Assembly: GCA_037308085.1 (NCBI GenBank) | Contig: CP147779.1 | Location: forward strand, 2,368,001 to 2,432,000 | Source: Promethearchaeati archaeon SRVP18_Atabeyarchaeia-1 | GTDB taxonomy: Archaea > Asgardarchaeota > Atabeyarchaeia > Atabeyarchaeales > Atabeyarchaeaceae | Direction: 5' to 3' | DNA length: 64,000 nucleotides | Part shown: piece after piece, positions 31,458 through 41,864 of the stretch | Numbering within the stretch: position 1 is the first letter of the stretch | How the letters are laid out: the number at the start of each line of letters is the position of its first letter | Made by a program: the position numbers and the translations under genes | Notes under the pieces: generated by a model | The model's input: the letters and a program-made list of their open reading frames with translations, nothing else | The model's database searches: none | Told to the model about the DNA's origin: nothing

Positions 31458-33029
31458 ATGATAGTAACCCGCAAGGCGAAGAGTTCTGTCAGGGAGTTTG
31501 AATGGGTCACGGACCACCCTATGGAGTGCCAAGAGGCATTCATCACAAAGCTGGCCAAGAAAAATGGGAACACCCTGTTCGGCAGGCACCACAGTTTCGA
31601 GAGAGTCCGATCAGTTGATGATTATCAGAAGCTGGTTCCAGTCCACGACTATGACGCACTCGCGAAGTACATAAATCTGATAATGAGTGGCGAAAAAGAC
31701 ATCCTTTTTCCCGGCGTACCTATCTGGTGGGCTAAGACCTCTGGAACAACGTCGAAGCCGAAGCTGATCCCCGTGCCGAAGGAGATGATGGATTACATCT
31801 CAAACGTCGGTTCGAGGCTTCTCTATTCATTCATAATGGAAGATCCCAAGAGGAATCTCGGTGCGCTATCTGGTAAGCTTCTTTTTCTCAGGGCTCCTTC
31901 GAGAGTGGAGTGCGTGAATGGCGTCCCCGTTGGCTACATAAGCGGAATATCTGGCGAGACACAATCAAGGTTTGCCAGAGGAATGGTTGTTCCAAGTAGG
32001 GAAACAAGCGCGTTGGGAAACTGGGAGGAGAAGTTTTACAGGACAGTGTTGGAGACGGTGGGAAAGAAGGTCACGATGATTGTCGGCGTGACGCCGCTTC
32101 TAATGTCAATGTTCCAGAGGATGGCGGATGACTATCCTGAGCATCTTCTTCGAGATGTCGGAGATGGTGAAACGAGGAGGCTAATCCAGCGCATCCTCAG
32201 GAGGAATGATGGTAGGCTGCTGCCGATTGATGTCTGGAAAGACTTGAAGCTCTTTTGCCCATCAAGCGCCTCAATCAAACCCTACCTGTCAAGGTACAGG
32301 CAGCTATTCGGAGACACGCCCTTGAGGGAATCGTATGGGGCCACTGAGGGGCAGTTCGGGCAGGAGGTCGAAGAAGGCGGCGGTTTGTTGCTGAATTGGG
32401 ACAAGTACCTCTATGAATTCGTTCCCTTCCACGAGGAAAGCCGAGCCCGCGGGGTTGGAGACAGGTTACTCGCTTCCGAATTGAATGTTGGCAGCACGTA
32501 CGAGCTTCTCGTGACAACGCCTTCCGGTCTCTACTCTTACCGAATCGGGGATGTCTTGAGACTTGAAAGGAGGAACCCCTACACCTTTGTCATAGTCGGC
32601 CGAACAAAACTGACTCTGAATCTATTCGGGGAGAAGGTCTGCGAGGAACATGTTTCAGCGGCCGTTAGGGCTGCTGAAGAAACCACGAGCGCGACGATCG
32701 CTGAATATAGTTGTATGGCGGTTGGCAGCGGAGGGGCGGGAAAAGAGCCGCGCTACATCCTCTGCGTCGAATTCATAAAGTCACCCAGGGACAAGAAGAA
32801 GTTCATCAGTGCATGGGATAGAAAACTGCAGGAAATTGCGCCAGGCTATGCATGCTTCAGAGCTAATGATACCCTGCTAAAGCCACCAGAAATAGTGCCG
32901 CTCATCAAGGGTACCTTCCAGGAATACGAGCAGAGGCGGATGAGGAGCCCTCTGGCAATGGGGCAAATCAAACCGCCACACATTGGCAATGGAGCTGAAC
33001 TGCTTTCAGAGCTTCAGGTTCGGTTATGA
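31458..33029 (+). CDS. GH3-family acyl-adenylate/amido synthetase
   Basis: KTSGTT..PKLIP, YGATEG, GLYSYRIGD. Confidence 0.85.
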   Translation: MIVTRKAKSSVREFEWVTDHPMECQEAFITKLAKKNGNTLFGRHHSFERVRSVDDYQKLVPVHDYDALAKYINLIMSGEKDILFPGVPIWWAKTSGTTSKPKLIPVPKEMMDYISNVGSRLLYSFIMEDPKRNLGALSGKLLFLRAPSRVECVNGVPVGYISGISGETQSRFARGMVVPSRETSALGNWEEKFYRTVLETVGKKVTMIVGVTPLLMSMFQRMADDYPEHLLRDVGDGETRRLIQRILRRNDGRLLPIDVWKDLKLFCPSSASIKPYLSRYRQLFGDTPLRESYGATEGQFGQEVEEGGGLLLNWDKYLYEFVPFHEESRARGVGDRLLASELNVGSTYELLVTTPSGLYSYRIGDVLRLERRNPYTFVIVGRTKLTLNLFGEKVCEEHVSAAVRAAEETTSATIAEYSCMAVGSGGAGKEPRYILCVEFIKSPRDKKKFISAWDRKLQEIAPGYACFRANDTLLKPPEIVPLIKGTFQEYEQRRMRSPLAMGQIKPPHIGNGAELLSELQVRL

Positions 33030-33052
33030 TTTCAATTACCTGCAAGGCGTGC

Positions 33053-34150
33053 CTAAGGTATTGTTTCAGTGCCATTGTTGTAAGGGGCATACTCAAATTC
33101 GTCTGGTGAGATCATCTTCCTCGAGATCAGTTCCACGACTTGCCCCTTCAGCTGTTTCAGTTCAGCTATCATTGCTCTGGTGGATCTGCATACACTTCGG
33201 AAGCCGCCTTCCCCCCACAGCTTTGTTTTGTTTGTGAATAGGCATCTGCCGCCACACAGATCAAGAATGTCACAGCTTGTACAGGGAGCGCCGACTTCGA
33301 CTCTGCGCGGTAGATCGCTTGGCTTGCTCTGGAATATTGATCCGACCCTAGCAAACTCCCATTCAGGCGCTATCGGACAGACTGTTATCTCACCGGAGGT
33401 AGTGACGGCGAACGAGTCTATACCTGCGCCGCATCTCAGGCCCGCGTTACCCCCATTGAGAAGGGTGCGCATTATCCCCGTGAAAGGCAGAATCGGTAAG
33501 ACTTTTCCATGCCTAACTAGCGAGTCTCCCCACATCCTCACAAGTCTCTCGATGCCAGGGTCGTAGGATTCACCGATCCATCTTTCGAAGTTGTTCCAGC
33601 GAAGGTCCGGCGGGCTGTCCCAGAGTGCGTCGATCTGCCAGTGAACGTGGTTGAATTCGGGGTTCTTCAGTTCTAAGAGGTGGCTCACGTCGAGGAATAT
33701 ATCCGTATGCTCTGAGGCTGTCATCCTAGCGATAAGGTCTCCTGCGAAACCGTTCTGCCTTATCCCCTGTAAGTTATGAAGGATCTTATCGTAAACACCT
33801 TCTCCCCTGTAGCGATCAGTCGTTTCCCTCCTGCCGTCAATCGAGACAAGAATTGCGCCGAGTTTTTTCAAGTACTCGCGTCCCAAGTTTCTTAACTCGG
33901 TTGCGTTCGTCTGGAGGAGAAAGCTCTCTGCGGGGATTGAGTCCATTATCTGCTCCAACAGATGTTGGCGCACAAGAGGCTCTCCGCCGTAGAATATTAT
34001 TGATGGCTTAGGGTCTTGCGCCAAGAAGTTCTTCAGGTCCTGGACATTGTACTCGATCTCCCGTGGCGCTGACTCGTTGCAGTCTTCCACGTATCCGCAG
34101 TATTTGCAGCTGAGGTTACACGCATGAGTTAAGACTGTGAAGTAGAGCAA
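33053..34150 (-). CDS. Radical SAM/SPASM protein (AF0577-like)
   Basis: CNLSCKYC, GGEP, CGAG...CP, CTSC...CGGRC. Confidence 0.88.
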   Translation of the reverse strand: MLYFTVLTHACNLSCKYCGYVEDCNESAPREIEYNVQDLKNFLAQDPKPSIIFYGGEPLVRQHLLEQIMDSIPAESFLLQTNATELRNLGREYLKKLGAILVSIDGRRETTDRYRGEGVYDKILHNLQGIRQNGFAGDLIARMTASEHTDIFLDVSHLLELKNPEFNHVHWQIDALWDSPPDLRWNNFERWIGESYDPGIERLVRMWGDSLVRHGKVLPILPFTGIMRTLLNGGNAGLRCGAGIDSFAVTTSGEITVCPIAPEWEFARVGSIFQSKPSDLPRRVEVGAPCTSCDILDLCGGRCLFTNKTKLWGEGGFRSVCRSTRAMIAELKQLKGQVVELISRKMISPDEFEYAPYNNGTETIP

Positions 34151-34369
34151 GACTAAATGACCACGGCACTAGTATGTGACATAGAGATGTGTCTTCACCT
34201 GATGGTATTATTCTTTTCTCCACGTATGCTCCATCTACCTATCCGCGCTTTCACTTCCTCGCATAGACCTGTGAACTCAGAAACCTTCTTATGTTCGGTT
34301 GCATCAAGTCACACTCTGGGGGCGCGCTCACAGAAGTGCCTCGAACGTGAAAGACAGGTGCGTCGCAAC

Positions 34370-34624
34370 ATGGCGATCATCAGCGAGCGTTCCATCGAGA
34401 AGGTTAGGCTCGAACTAGAATCACTAAGGAGAAGCGGAGCAGATCCTATGGAGGTATTGGCTGACCTAAATGGAGCCATGTGGATGACAATACTTGACTT
34501 GATAATGATGGAACGTGGATCGGGAACCATTCCCGAGAAAGAGCTTCTGGAGGCATGCAGAGAAATAGCTCTTCTTGGCAGGAGGGACGCCCCAAATCGT
34601 GAGGAAATTCACAGAAACCGTTAA
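34370..34624 (+). CDS. Small helical protein, putative partner of the downstream nucleotidyltransferase
   Basis: AGGTG SD then MAIISERS...; overlaps next gene. Confidence 0.5.
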   Translation: MAIISERSIEKVRLELESLRRSGADPMEVLADLNGAMWMTILDLIMMERGSGTIPEKELLEACREIALLGRRDAPNREEIHRNR

Positions 34625-35159
34625 GGCGGCTCTGAGAGCTCTGAACGCTGCAAATGCGGAATACGTTGTTGTCGGTGGATTAGCAGCAATATTCTATGGT
34701 CGACCGAGAACAACATCCGATGTTGACATAATAATCGACTTCGCCAAGACAGACCACTTGCGGGTTGCCGATTCACTGAAGAGAGAAGGATTCGAAGTGA
34801 CTCTGAGGGAGATCCAGCAAGCTATCAGTGAGAGAAACCATTTCACTGTATTCGACAGGGAGTCACCATACCGCCTTGACATACAAGGAGTATACAAGGC
34901 TCTCGATGAAGCAAGCCTCAATGGAAGGAGAAAGCGAGACTTGTTTGGGGAGCAAGCTTGGATCGAGTCCCCAGAAGATCTGGTGGTAGCAAAACTAGTA
35001 TACGGAAGCCAACAAGACTTGGAGGATAGTCTCGCTGTACTGATAAGACAGAAATCATCCCTCAACATCGACTACCTCAAGAATCGGGCTGCCGAAAGCA
35101 GGGTCAAGGACAAACTCAGGAAGCTACTCGAATCGAGCGAAGGTACTCGCTCTAGATGA
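34599..35159 (+). CDS. Nucleotidyltransferase family protein (DUF6036/AbiEii-like)
   Basis: YVVVGGLA..YGRPRTTSDVD, SPEDLVVAKL, QDLED. Confidence 0.8.
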   Translation: MRKFTETVKAALRALNAANAEYVVVGGLAAIFYGRPRTTSDVDIIIDFAKTDHLRVADSLKREGFEVTLREIQQAISERNHFTVFDRESPYRLDIQGVYKALDEASLNGRRKRDLFGEQAWIESPEDLVVAKLVYGSQQDLEDSLAVLIRQKSSLNIDYLKNRAAESRVKDKLRKLLESSEGTRSR

Positions 35160-35205
35160 GAGCAAGGGTTTGGGCTTTCTCGCAACGTTGATCGTGAATA
35201 GGCGG

Positions 35206-35319
35206 CTGATTGACTCCCACCAAAGGATGTAAGGGAGTATGGTATTTGAGGCTCCCAGCTGAAACCTCTCTGTGACTCCCCCGCCCTTAAAGGGATGTGG
35301 GCTTCCTGCAGCGAATATC
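35206..35319 (-). mobile_element. Degenerate IS200/IS605 end remnant (MITE-like)
   Basis: Minus strand TCGC|14 nt|GAAG-CCCACATCCC TTTA AGGGCGGGG, same layout as the other left ends here; far boundary uncertain. Confidence 0.5.
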
Positions 35320-35376
35320 GCGAAACTGACTTTCCTGTGGAGGATTGTCTCGCCCGGAAACCCTTCATGCCCTGAC

Positions 35377-37332
35377 TTATTTCTTCCTTACTTTGACCAC
35401 TGTTGTGTTGAATGTTGAGCCTCCGCCAAGATTCTGAATTGTGTCGGGTATTATTGTGTTCTGAGGCTTTCCATTCAGGTCTCTGCATTCTCTGGGCGAC
35501 CAGAGAACACCTTTGGGAACTGAGTTTGATATCTCTGCTCTGAGTTCGATGCTCTCTTTCCCTTTGATGAGTTCGATTGCGCCCTCGTTAACCAGGGAAT
35601 AGGTCCTGGCATCTTCTGGGTTAATGAGCACTATCGGGGGCAGCGGGCCGTACACGTCCTGAAACTGGGTATGTGTGTACTTTGAGACTGCGCTGGTTAG
35701 GAGGACGAATCCGTCGCCCTCAGGAAGAGGATACTGTTTCGGAAGCGGGGTTATTCCCAATTCCTCGGCCTTTGTTGCATAGAACTCTATTTTGCCTGAG
35801 GGGGTCTGATACTCGGACTTTGGTTTCATTTTCAGCTTCAGCTTCTTTCCTTCTCTCAGGTCGGCTGGGCTTCCGTTTTCAAAGGCATTCTTCATGGCTT
35901 TTTCAATCGCTTCCCACTTATCCTCACGAAGCCAGCTCTCTGAGAGATTCAATCTGCCGGCTACTTGAGATGTGAGCCATAATTCGTCTCTGCTTTCTCC
36001 CAGAGGCTCCATGACCTTGTTCGATTTTCTGACATATCTGTGGCTGTATGAGGGCACGATATCCTCCTTCTCTAGGAAGGTAGGAGCTGGCAGAACCAGA
36101 TCGGCGTACTTCTTGGCGGTCTGGGTCCAATGAGTGTCATGAACGACTACGTATAGATCTCTTCTTCTCAGCCCATCAACTACCTCCTGCACATTTGGTA
36201 GGGTTTCCGCTGGGTTCATGTTGTGGATGTAGAGGAACTTGTATTCGCCCTGTTTCAGATGCTGGCCTGCCTTGACTTGGCTGATCACTTTGATCTTTCT
36301 GAGTGTGAGTGATTCGCCCGTGAGATATTTATTGTCTATATTCCAGCCTCTGCTGTTTGAATAGTAGAAGCCCCTATGCAGACCCACTAGCGCCGGTATT
36401 AGCGAAACTGCTCTAACCGATTCGGCGCCGAATAGTCCTTTCTGCATTCCTATCCCTATCATTGTGACACTGGGCTTGTTGTCGGCGTATAACTCGGCTA
36501 ACTTCGCTATTGCGTCCCAATTTAAGCCGGTGACTTTCTCGATCGATTCGAGGCTCCACCTTGATACCTCCTCCTTTAGCTTGCCAAAACCCTGTGTGTA
36601 TTTCTCGAGGAAGTCGATGTCGACGAGGTTCCTTCCGACCATGTGTTTCATCACGCCTAGAGCTAGTGCGACATCGCTTCCTGGTTTGGGTTGAATCCAA
36701 AGATCAGCCGTCCTGGTTGTCTCACACTGCCGCGGGTCCACGGCGACGACCAGTCCGCCCTTCGTCCTTGTCTTTGAAGACAAGGAGTGCAGGTGTGGAG
36801 CGCTTACCGCCGCGTTGAAGCCCCAGTAGACGGTCAGCTTCATCTTTGGGAGATCATCGGGGTCAGAACCGTAAGATGACCCGTAGTGAAGTGAGAGCGC
36901 TTCATGTCCAGACCTGCTGCACACAGCTTCGTCTGTTTGGCTAAAACCTAAGGCGTAGAACAACCTCTGAGGCAGGGAGGTAGTGAATAGGCCCATGTTT
37001 CCGCTGTAGTACAAATGCAGAAGAGAGTCTGGTCCATGCCTATTCATCGTATCCCTTATTTTGTCAGCTAGAACATTAAGTGCATCGTTCCACGATACCC
37101 TCTCAAAAGGTCCATCGGGCTTATCGCCAACCCGCCTATGAGGGTATAGCACGCGCTCCCGACTGTAGGCTCTCCTGATGTCAGCTACTCCTCGAGGGCA
37201 AAGAAAGCCCCGGGTGACAAGGCTGTCCTCATCTCCTACCACTCGGGTCGGATTCTTGTTGTTGCTCAATAGGACTTTCATGGAACACGTGTCATAGCAG
37301 TCACGGGGGCAAACAGTTTCCACGTAGACCAT
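35377..37332 (-). CDS. Molybdopterin-dependent oxidoreductase (DMSO reductase family)
   Basis: CPRDCYDTC...CPRG [4Fe-4S], VSWNDAL, ADLVLPA, TPSGKIEF. Confidence 0.9.
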   Translation of the reverse strand: MVYVETVCPRDCYDTCSMKVLLSNNKNPTRVVGDEDSLVTRGFLCPRGVADIRRAYSRERVLYPHRRVGDKPDGPFERVSWNDALNVLADKIRDTMNRHGPDSLLHLYYSGNMGLFTTSLPQRLFYALGFSQTDEAVCSRSGHEALSLHYGSSYGSDPDDLPKMKLTVYWGFNAAVSAPHLHSLSSKTRTKGGLVVAVDPRQCETTRTADLWIQPKPGSDVALALGVMKHMVGRNLVDIDFLEKYTQGFGKLKEEVSRWSLESIEKVTGLNWDAIAKLAELYADNKPSVTMIGIGMQKGLFGAESVRAVSLIPALVGLHRGFYYSNSRGWNIDNKYLTGESLTLRKIKVISQVKAGQHLKQGEYKFLYIHNMNPAETLPNVQEVVDGLRRRDLYVVVHDTHWTQTAKKYADLVLPAPTFLEKEDIVPSYSHRYVRKSNKVMEPLGESRDELWLTSQVAGRLNLSESWLREDKWEAIEKAMKNAFENGSPADLREGKKLKLKMKPKSEYQTPSGKIEFYATKAEELGITPLPKQYPLPEGDGFVLLTSAVSKYTHTQFQDVYGPLPPIVLINPEDARTYSLVNEGAIELIKGKESIELRAEISNSVPKGVLWSPRECRDLNGKPQNTIIPDTIQNLGGGSTFNTTVVKVRKK

Positions 37333-37580
37333 AGATCCATCAACTTCTGCGCAATTAAGAGGACCAGAAGTCGCTTTAAGACTTACTTGATTGAAGCATA
37401 ATTAGGTCAATGGGTACATGGTTCTCATGCGTCTTCTATTCTAGATTTAGATGAGCGACGAAGGAAGGGGTTGAGAAGTGATGAAGTAGGCAAAGAGTTA
37501 TGTGGAAGAAAACTGATAACACCTGAAGTTGAGCAGCGATCCTGTTACTCCGATCTACGATCTGGGGAGATGATTTGCCA

Positions 37581-38912
37581 ATGCAGGAAGAGGTTCGGCA
37601 AGATGCCATTGAGTGGAGAAGCAAAGGCGACACTTTTCTGAATAGCTGTAAATTCGAAGAAGCGCTCAAATGCTATGACAAAGCGGTAAAGCTGCAGCCC
37701 AACTATTCCCTGGCACTTAGCAAGAAAGGATATGCCTTGCTCTACCTCCATAGGCTAAAGGAATCAGTCGATTGCTGTGACGAAGCTACAAGAACGGACC
37801 CTGAAAGTGCCTTCGCTTGGATTATCAAAGGCTTCTCGCTATACTACCTTCACAGACCGGATGAATCCGTGAATTGCTTCACGGAGTCTCTGAAACTGGA
37901 TGACAAGAATGCCTCACTAACTCTAAAGTGGAGGGGATTTGCCCTCGCAAACATCGGCAGAATGGAAGAGTCACTGAAGCACTTTTACCAATCACTGGAA
38001 GCGAATGAAAGTAACGCTTTCGTAACATGGCAAGGCATAGGTCTTGCTCTCCAGAATCTTGGGCAACTGGGGGAAGCCATAGGGTTCCTCGACAGATCAC
38101 TAAGCGTAAACCCACGGTACCCATTTGCCTGGCACAGCAAAGGTTCGGCGTTGTACCGTCTCGGCAAATACGAAGAAGCTGAGAGATGCTTCGACGAAGC
38201 AATAAAAATAGACAAGAGAGATTCGACAGCGTTACGCGGCAAAGGCGATTCGCTCTTCAGTCTCGGGAAGTTCAGGGATGCGGAAAAGAGCTATGGCGAG
38301 GCAATCAAGCTCGATCCTACTGACGCGTTCAGTTGGCATGGTATCGGCTGGGCGCTGCTCAATCTCGGAAAGGACAAAGAGGCGATAGAGGACTTCAACA
38401 AGGTATTGGAGCTAGATTCAAAGCGTTCAACCGCATGGCTCGGGAGGGGACTAGCCTTTCGCCGGCTTGATAGATTAGAAGAATCATCTAAATGTTTGGA
38501 AGAATCGCTGAGGCTAAGCAAGGAGGGCAGTCTGCTGAATCCGTACGAGCGAGGTCTTGCCTTTCTCAACCTCGGAAACTATGAGGAAGCAATAGGATGC
38601 TATGATGAGGCCATCAGAATAGACCCAAGGAACGCTTGGGCATGGTACGGCAAGGGCCTAGCTCTTCACGCCGCCTCAAGATTTGAGGAAGCAATTCCAT
38701 CCTATGATATGGCTCTGGAACTGAAAACCGATCTAGACCCCGCGAGACAAGCCAAGAATGAAGCTATGGGGAAGAAGAAGCCAAATCTGAAGAGTTTAGG
38801 CGGCTGGATATTGTCCGGAGTCAAGCATGTCGCAGGCTCACCCCTCTCAGATTATATTAGCATGGGGCAGAGCGTTCTTGACCTAGTAAGGAAACTTAAG
38901 GAGCTCAGATGA
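37581..38912 (+). CDS. TPR repeat protein
   Basis: Multiple W..KG..L..LG..EEA..YD.AI..DP repeats. Confidence 0.92.
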   Translation: MQEEVRQDAIEWRSKGDTFLNSCKFEEALKCYDKAVKLQPNYSLALSKKGYALLYLHRLKESVDCCDEATRTDPESAFAWIIKGFSLYYLHRPDESVNCFTESLKLDDKNASLTLKWRGFALANIGRMEESLKHFYQSLEANESNAFVTWQGIGLALQNLGQLGEAIGFLDRSLSVNPRYPFAWHSKGSALYRLGKYEEAERCFDEAIKIDKRDSTALRGKGDSLFSLGKFRDAEKSYGEAIKLDPTDAFSWHGIGWALLNLGKDKEAIEDFNKVLELDSKRSTAWLGRGLAFRRLDRLEESSKCLEESLRLSKEGSLLNPYERGLAFLNLGNYEEAIGCYDEAIRIDPRNAWAWYGKGLALHAASRFEEAIPSYDMALELKTDLDPARQAKNEAMGKKKPNLKSLGGWILSGVKHVAGSPLSDYISMGQSVLDLVRKLKELR

Positions 38913-38947
38913 ACTTCGGGCCAAGCTTGTTTGACTATGAACCTCTT

Positions 38948-39985
38948 TCAAACGATTATTACGGCAAAGTACAACAACAGGATGCCAACGCCAAGCGGGA
39001 CTCCTAGCCTCGCCCATTCTCTGCTTCTAATCTTCAATTTGCCGGAAGAGATTATGTTGGGGATATTTCCGGGAATCAGCATTCCACCCGCTATCGAAAG
39101 GCCGAGCATCGCACAGTTTATCTGGACAAGCGTCATTGCGGGCCATATTTCAGCCGCCGCCAAGGTAGCATTGTCGAGCACTGACGACGCGGAGTTTATC
39201 CAGTAGAGGAAATAAGGCTGGATAGTCGGCACGTATGCCTCCATGAGAGGCTTGAAGGCAGCGCCTATGAAGACTAGGCTCATTATGAAGACATAGATTT
39301 TCGCGGCTCTAGTCAATACCTCCTTCAAGTTCCCCTGCCTGTCCTCCTTTAGATCCCCGCTCCTATCCTCATTCTTGCTGATCATCATGGTGGACAGAAC
39401 GCCCAGAAGCACGATGCCTGGCAAAATATAGGGCCACAGGTTTTCGAAAAGAAACCAGAAACCAGCGTAATGCGGCGCCCCTCCTAGCTTCGCTACTGTG
39501 ATAGCTGCAAGCGGTCCTCCAAGTGGAGTCAATACTGATCCCAACCCTATTGAGTAACATGCGAACACGACAAGCGTTATTTCGTTCCTCCTGCCAAGGT
39601 CTATTGCACTTACTATTTCTACTAGCAACAGAGCCGCGACTATCGCCGTGATGGTGCTTGAAACGATCCCGAACCCTACAACAACAACGAAGAAGAACGA
39701 CTTTTCCCCAACTCTCTTGACTGCTTCGCCAAATTTCCGCGCAAGACGTTTCTTCAACAACATGAAGACTAGCCCCGAGACAAGCACGGCTAAGGTAATA
39801 GTTACAGGTTCGATAATCGCATCAATCATCAGACCGAGGCTCCACTGCCACGTGATCGTTACTGCGATTACCCCCATGAGGAAGAGGAACACTTCAAGTT
39901 CTTCCTCTATTCTCCTTACGGAAAGGGGGAGTATGAAGATCGCAACCAGGATTAATAGCAGCTCCACAATCAACGAATTCGCCAC
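38948..39985 (-). CDS. DUF1646 family putative cation transporter
   Basis: IEEELEVFLF, LTPLGGP, LDNATLAAAEI, GGMLIPGNIPN. Confidence 0.85.
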   Translation of the reverse strand: MANSLIVELLLILVAIFILPLSVRRIEEELEVFLFLMGVIAVTITWQWSLGLMIDAIIEPVTITLAVLVSGLVFMLLKKRLARKFGEAVKRVGEKSFFFVVVVGFGIVSSTITAIVAALLLVEIVSAIDLGRRNEITLVVFACYSIGLGSVLTPLGGPLAAITVAKLGGAPHYAGFWFLFENLWPYILPGIVLLGVLSTMMISKNEDRSGDLKEDRQGNLKEVLTRAAKIYVFIMSLVFIGAAFKPLMEAYVPTIQPYFLYWINSASSVLDNATLAAAEIWPAMTLVQINCAMLGLSIAGGMLIPGNIPNIISSGKLKIRSREWARLGVPLGVGILLLYFAVIIV

Positions 39986-40124
39986 CTTTTGAGCTATCCT
40001 TGAACTTTTAAGAGGCTCATAGATCTCATCCTGCTAGCCCGCGATCTGATGTTCCCAGCTTTGCTGATATCTTAAGCTATACTTATCTCTGGTTCTTCCG
40101 ATTCCTACCCCTAGATGTCCAAGG

Positions 40125-40604
40125 TTATTCATCCACTTGATGGATTTCAACGAAGCCGAGCTTCTCGTAGAGATGTCTGGCAGGGATGTTAGTCTCAGTC
40201 ACGATCAAGCGGAGTTCTTTGTATCCCGCGTCGATTAGTGCGTTCACTGCTTCCCTCAGCAGAAAGGTTGCAATTCCTCGATTCTTGTAGCCCGGAAGAG
40301 TCATAGAGAAGGCTAGCAGAGGCGAATCCATTGGAGCCCACCACGTCACCATGCATGCTGCGGTAGCTCTGCCGTCCTCTTCCACAAGGAAGGAGCATTC
40401 CTGCAGAAATGGACCATATTTTCCGTTAATCGTTCCCTGGACTTCTGAAATCGCGTCGTCGAGTGTCTCGCCTTCATCGTCGACAGTTCCCCTATATGCT
40501 CCCAGCATTAGCTCTCCTAGTGCACGCAAATCACTCGGGGTGATGTTTCTGCATTTCCATTTGTTTCTGATTCTCTGCCTTCCTAGCAGCAGCTTCATTC
40601 TCAT
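40125..40604 (-). CDS. GNAT acetyltransferase
   Basis: YKNRGIA, N.PARHLYEKLGF. Confidence 0.85.
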   Translation of the reverse strand: MRMKLLLGRQRIRNKWKCRNITPSDLRALGELMLGAYRGTVDDEGETLDDAISEVQGTINGKYGPFLQECSFLVEEDGRATAACMVTWWAPMDSPLLAFSMTLPGYKNRGIATFLLREAVNALIDAGYKELRLIVTETNIPARHLYEKLGFVEIHQVDE

Positions 40605-40740
40605 ACGACGTTTGTTGAATTCTATCTCCTCCCAATGGAATTAGACGAAATCCCTGTCCTGTGCGTACCTCAATAGAGATAAGCCCGATAATATTAGAAA
40701 CTAGCTGTTTGCACAAATAACGGACCGCTGAGGTGAATCG

Positions 40741-41085
40741 ATGCTCTTTGACAAGCGATTTACGAAAGGCGTGGCTGTGATCAACGAGAGAAGACTCACG
40801 GATCCCAGAATACAGGAGGCTCTTAGGCGCTATAACGGGAGAAGCCTAGTCTTCAAGGTGCGTAAGGACGCCTCTTATGTTTTCCATTTCTCAAGTGGCG
40901 AGGGCGTGAAGTACGAGTTGAATCCTCCAAAGGAGCCGAAGTCCATGTACGTGGAAATGGACATCGACAAGGCAAAAAAACTTGTCTACCGCCATACGCT
41001 GGGCATCATGGATGTGTTGTCAATAGTGCATCGCAACATAAAGATGGCTGATATCAATTTCGTTAAGAGTTTGTTTGGAGCATAA
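40741..41085 (+). CDS. SCP2-like hypothetical protein
   Basis: GAGGTGA SD; beta/alpha pattern loosely SCP2-like. Confidence 0.45.
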   Translation: MLFDKRFTKGVAVINERRLTDPRIQEALRRYNGRSLVFKVRKDASYVFHFSSGEGVKYELNPPKEPKSMYVEMDIDKAKKLVYRHTLGIMDVLSIVHRNIKMADINFVKSLFGA

Positions 41086-41141
41086 AGTCGAGTCACCGGC
41101 GAGTGTTCAAATGAAGTTGCAGGCTCCCTAGAATAGAGGGG

Positions 41142-41615
41142 TTGTTCAAGGAGGCAAGTTTAGTGGCTACAGCTGAGAGAAAGATTGAGTTCAAAGCTGA
41201 TTTGTCCTGGGATGGGAAGAGTGGCGCTGAGGTAAGCCTTGGCAAGAGTTCCAATCTGCACGTCGATATCCCTAGAGAGTTTGGGGGAGAAGGTAAGTAC
41301 CTTTGCCCCGATGATCTCTTCTTCTCGGCAATCGGCGGATGTCTATTGACCACCTTCCTCTACATGCGCAGGAAACTGGAGTTTAACATGAAGAGCCTGA
41401 GAGTAGTAGTGAACGGCGATGTTCAGTCGAAAGGTCCTGAAGGCTTTAGAGTAACAGGCGTACGGGTCAACCTTAGCGTTGAGACAGACAGTGAAGGAGA
41501 GGTGGAGGCGCGCAAATGCATTGAAATGACGGAGAAATTCTGCCATATAACTAGGAGCATAGAAAAGGCTATACCAATCAGAATCTTATCAAACGTTGTT
41601 GTCAAGAAGCAGTAG
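41142..41615 (+). CDS. OsmC/Ohr family protein
   Basis: FGG...P.DLF...IGGC...FCHITRSI (two Cys). Confidence 0.85.
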   Translation: MFKEASLVATAERKIEFKADLSWDGKSGAEVSLGKSSNLHVDIPREFGGEGKYLCPDDLFFSAIGGCLLTTFLYMRRKLEFNMKSLRVVVNGDVQSKGPEGFRVTGVRVNLSVETDSEGEVEARKCIEMTEKFCHITRSIEKAIPIRILSNVVVKKQ

Positions 41616-41864
41616 AAGAGGAGCCTACATCCCATGGAAGGCAGCTTCATTCCTCGATGCTTATCTGCCTTACTGCTAAGAAGTTCTTTTCCCGTCAATG
41701 CGCAGACCTTGGCTACCGTTGCCTGTCATTGGAGTATATCTGCCGGCGCGGAGAGTTGTTGCCTGATTAGTAAAAAGTGAGACCGCAGGCAGGGCATTTG
41801 ACGGGATCGGCATTCAGTCAGGTGGGAACCTGTATTGTTAGCGCTCGTTCGCTTTGACCGGGAG

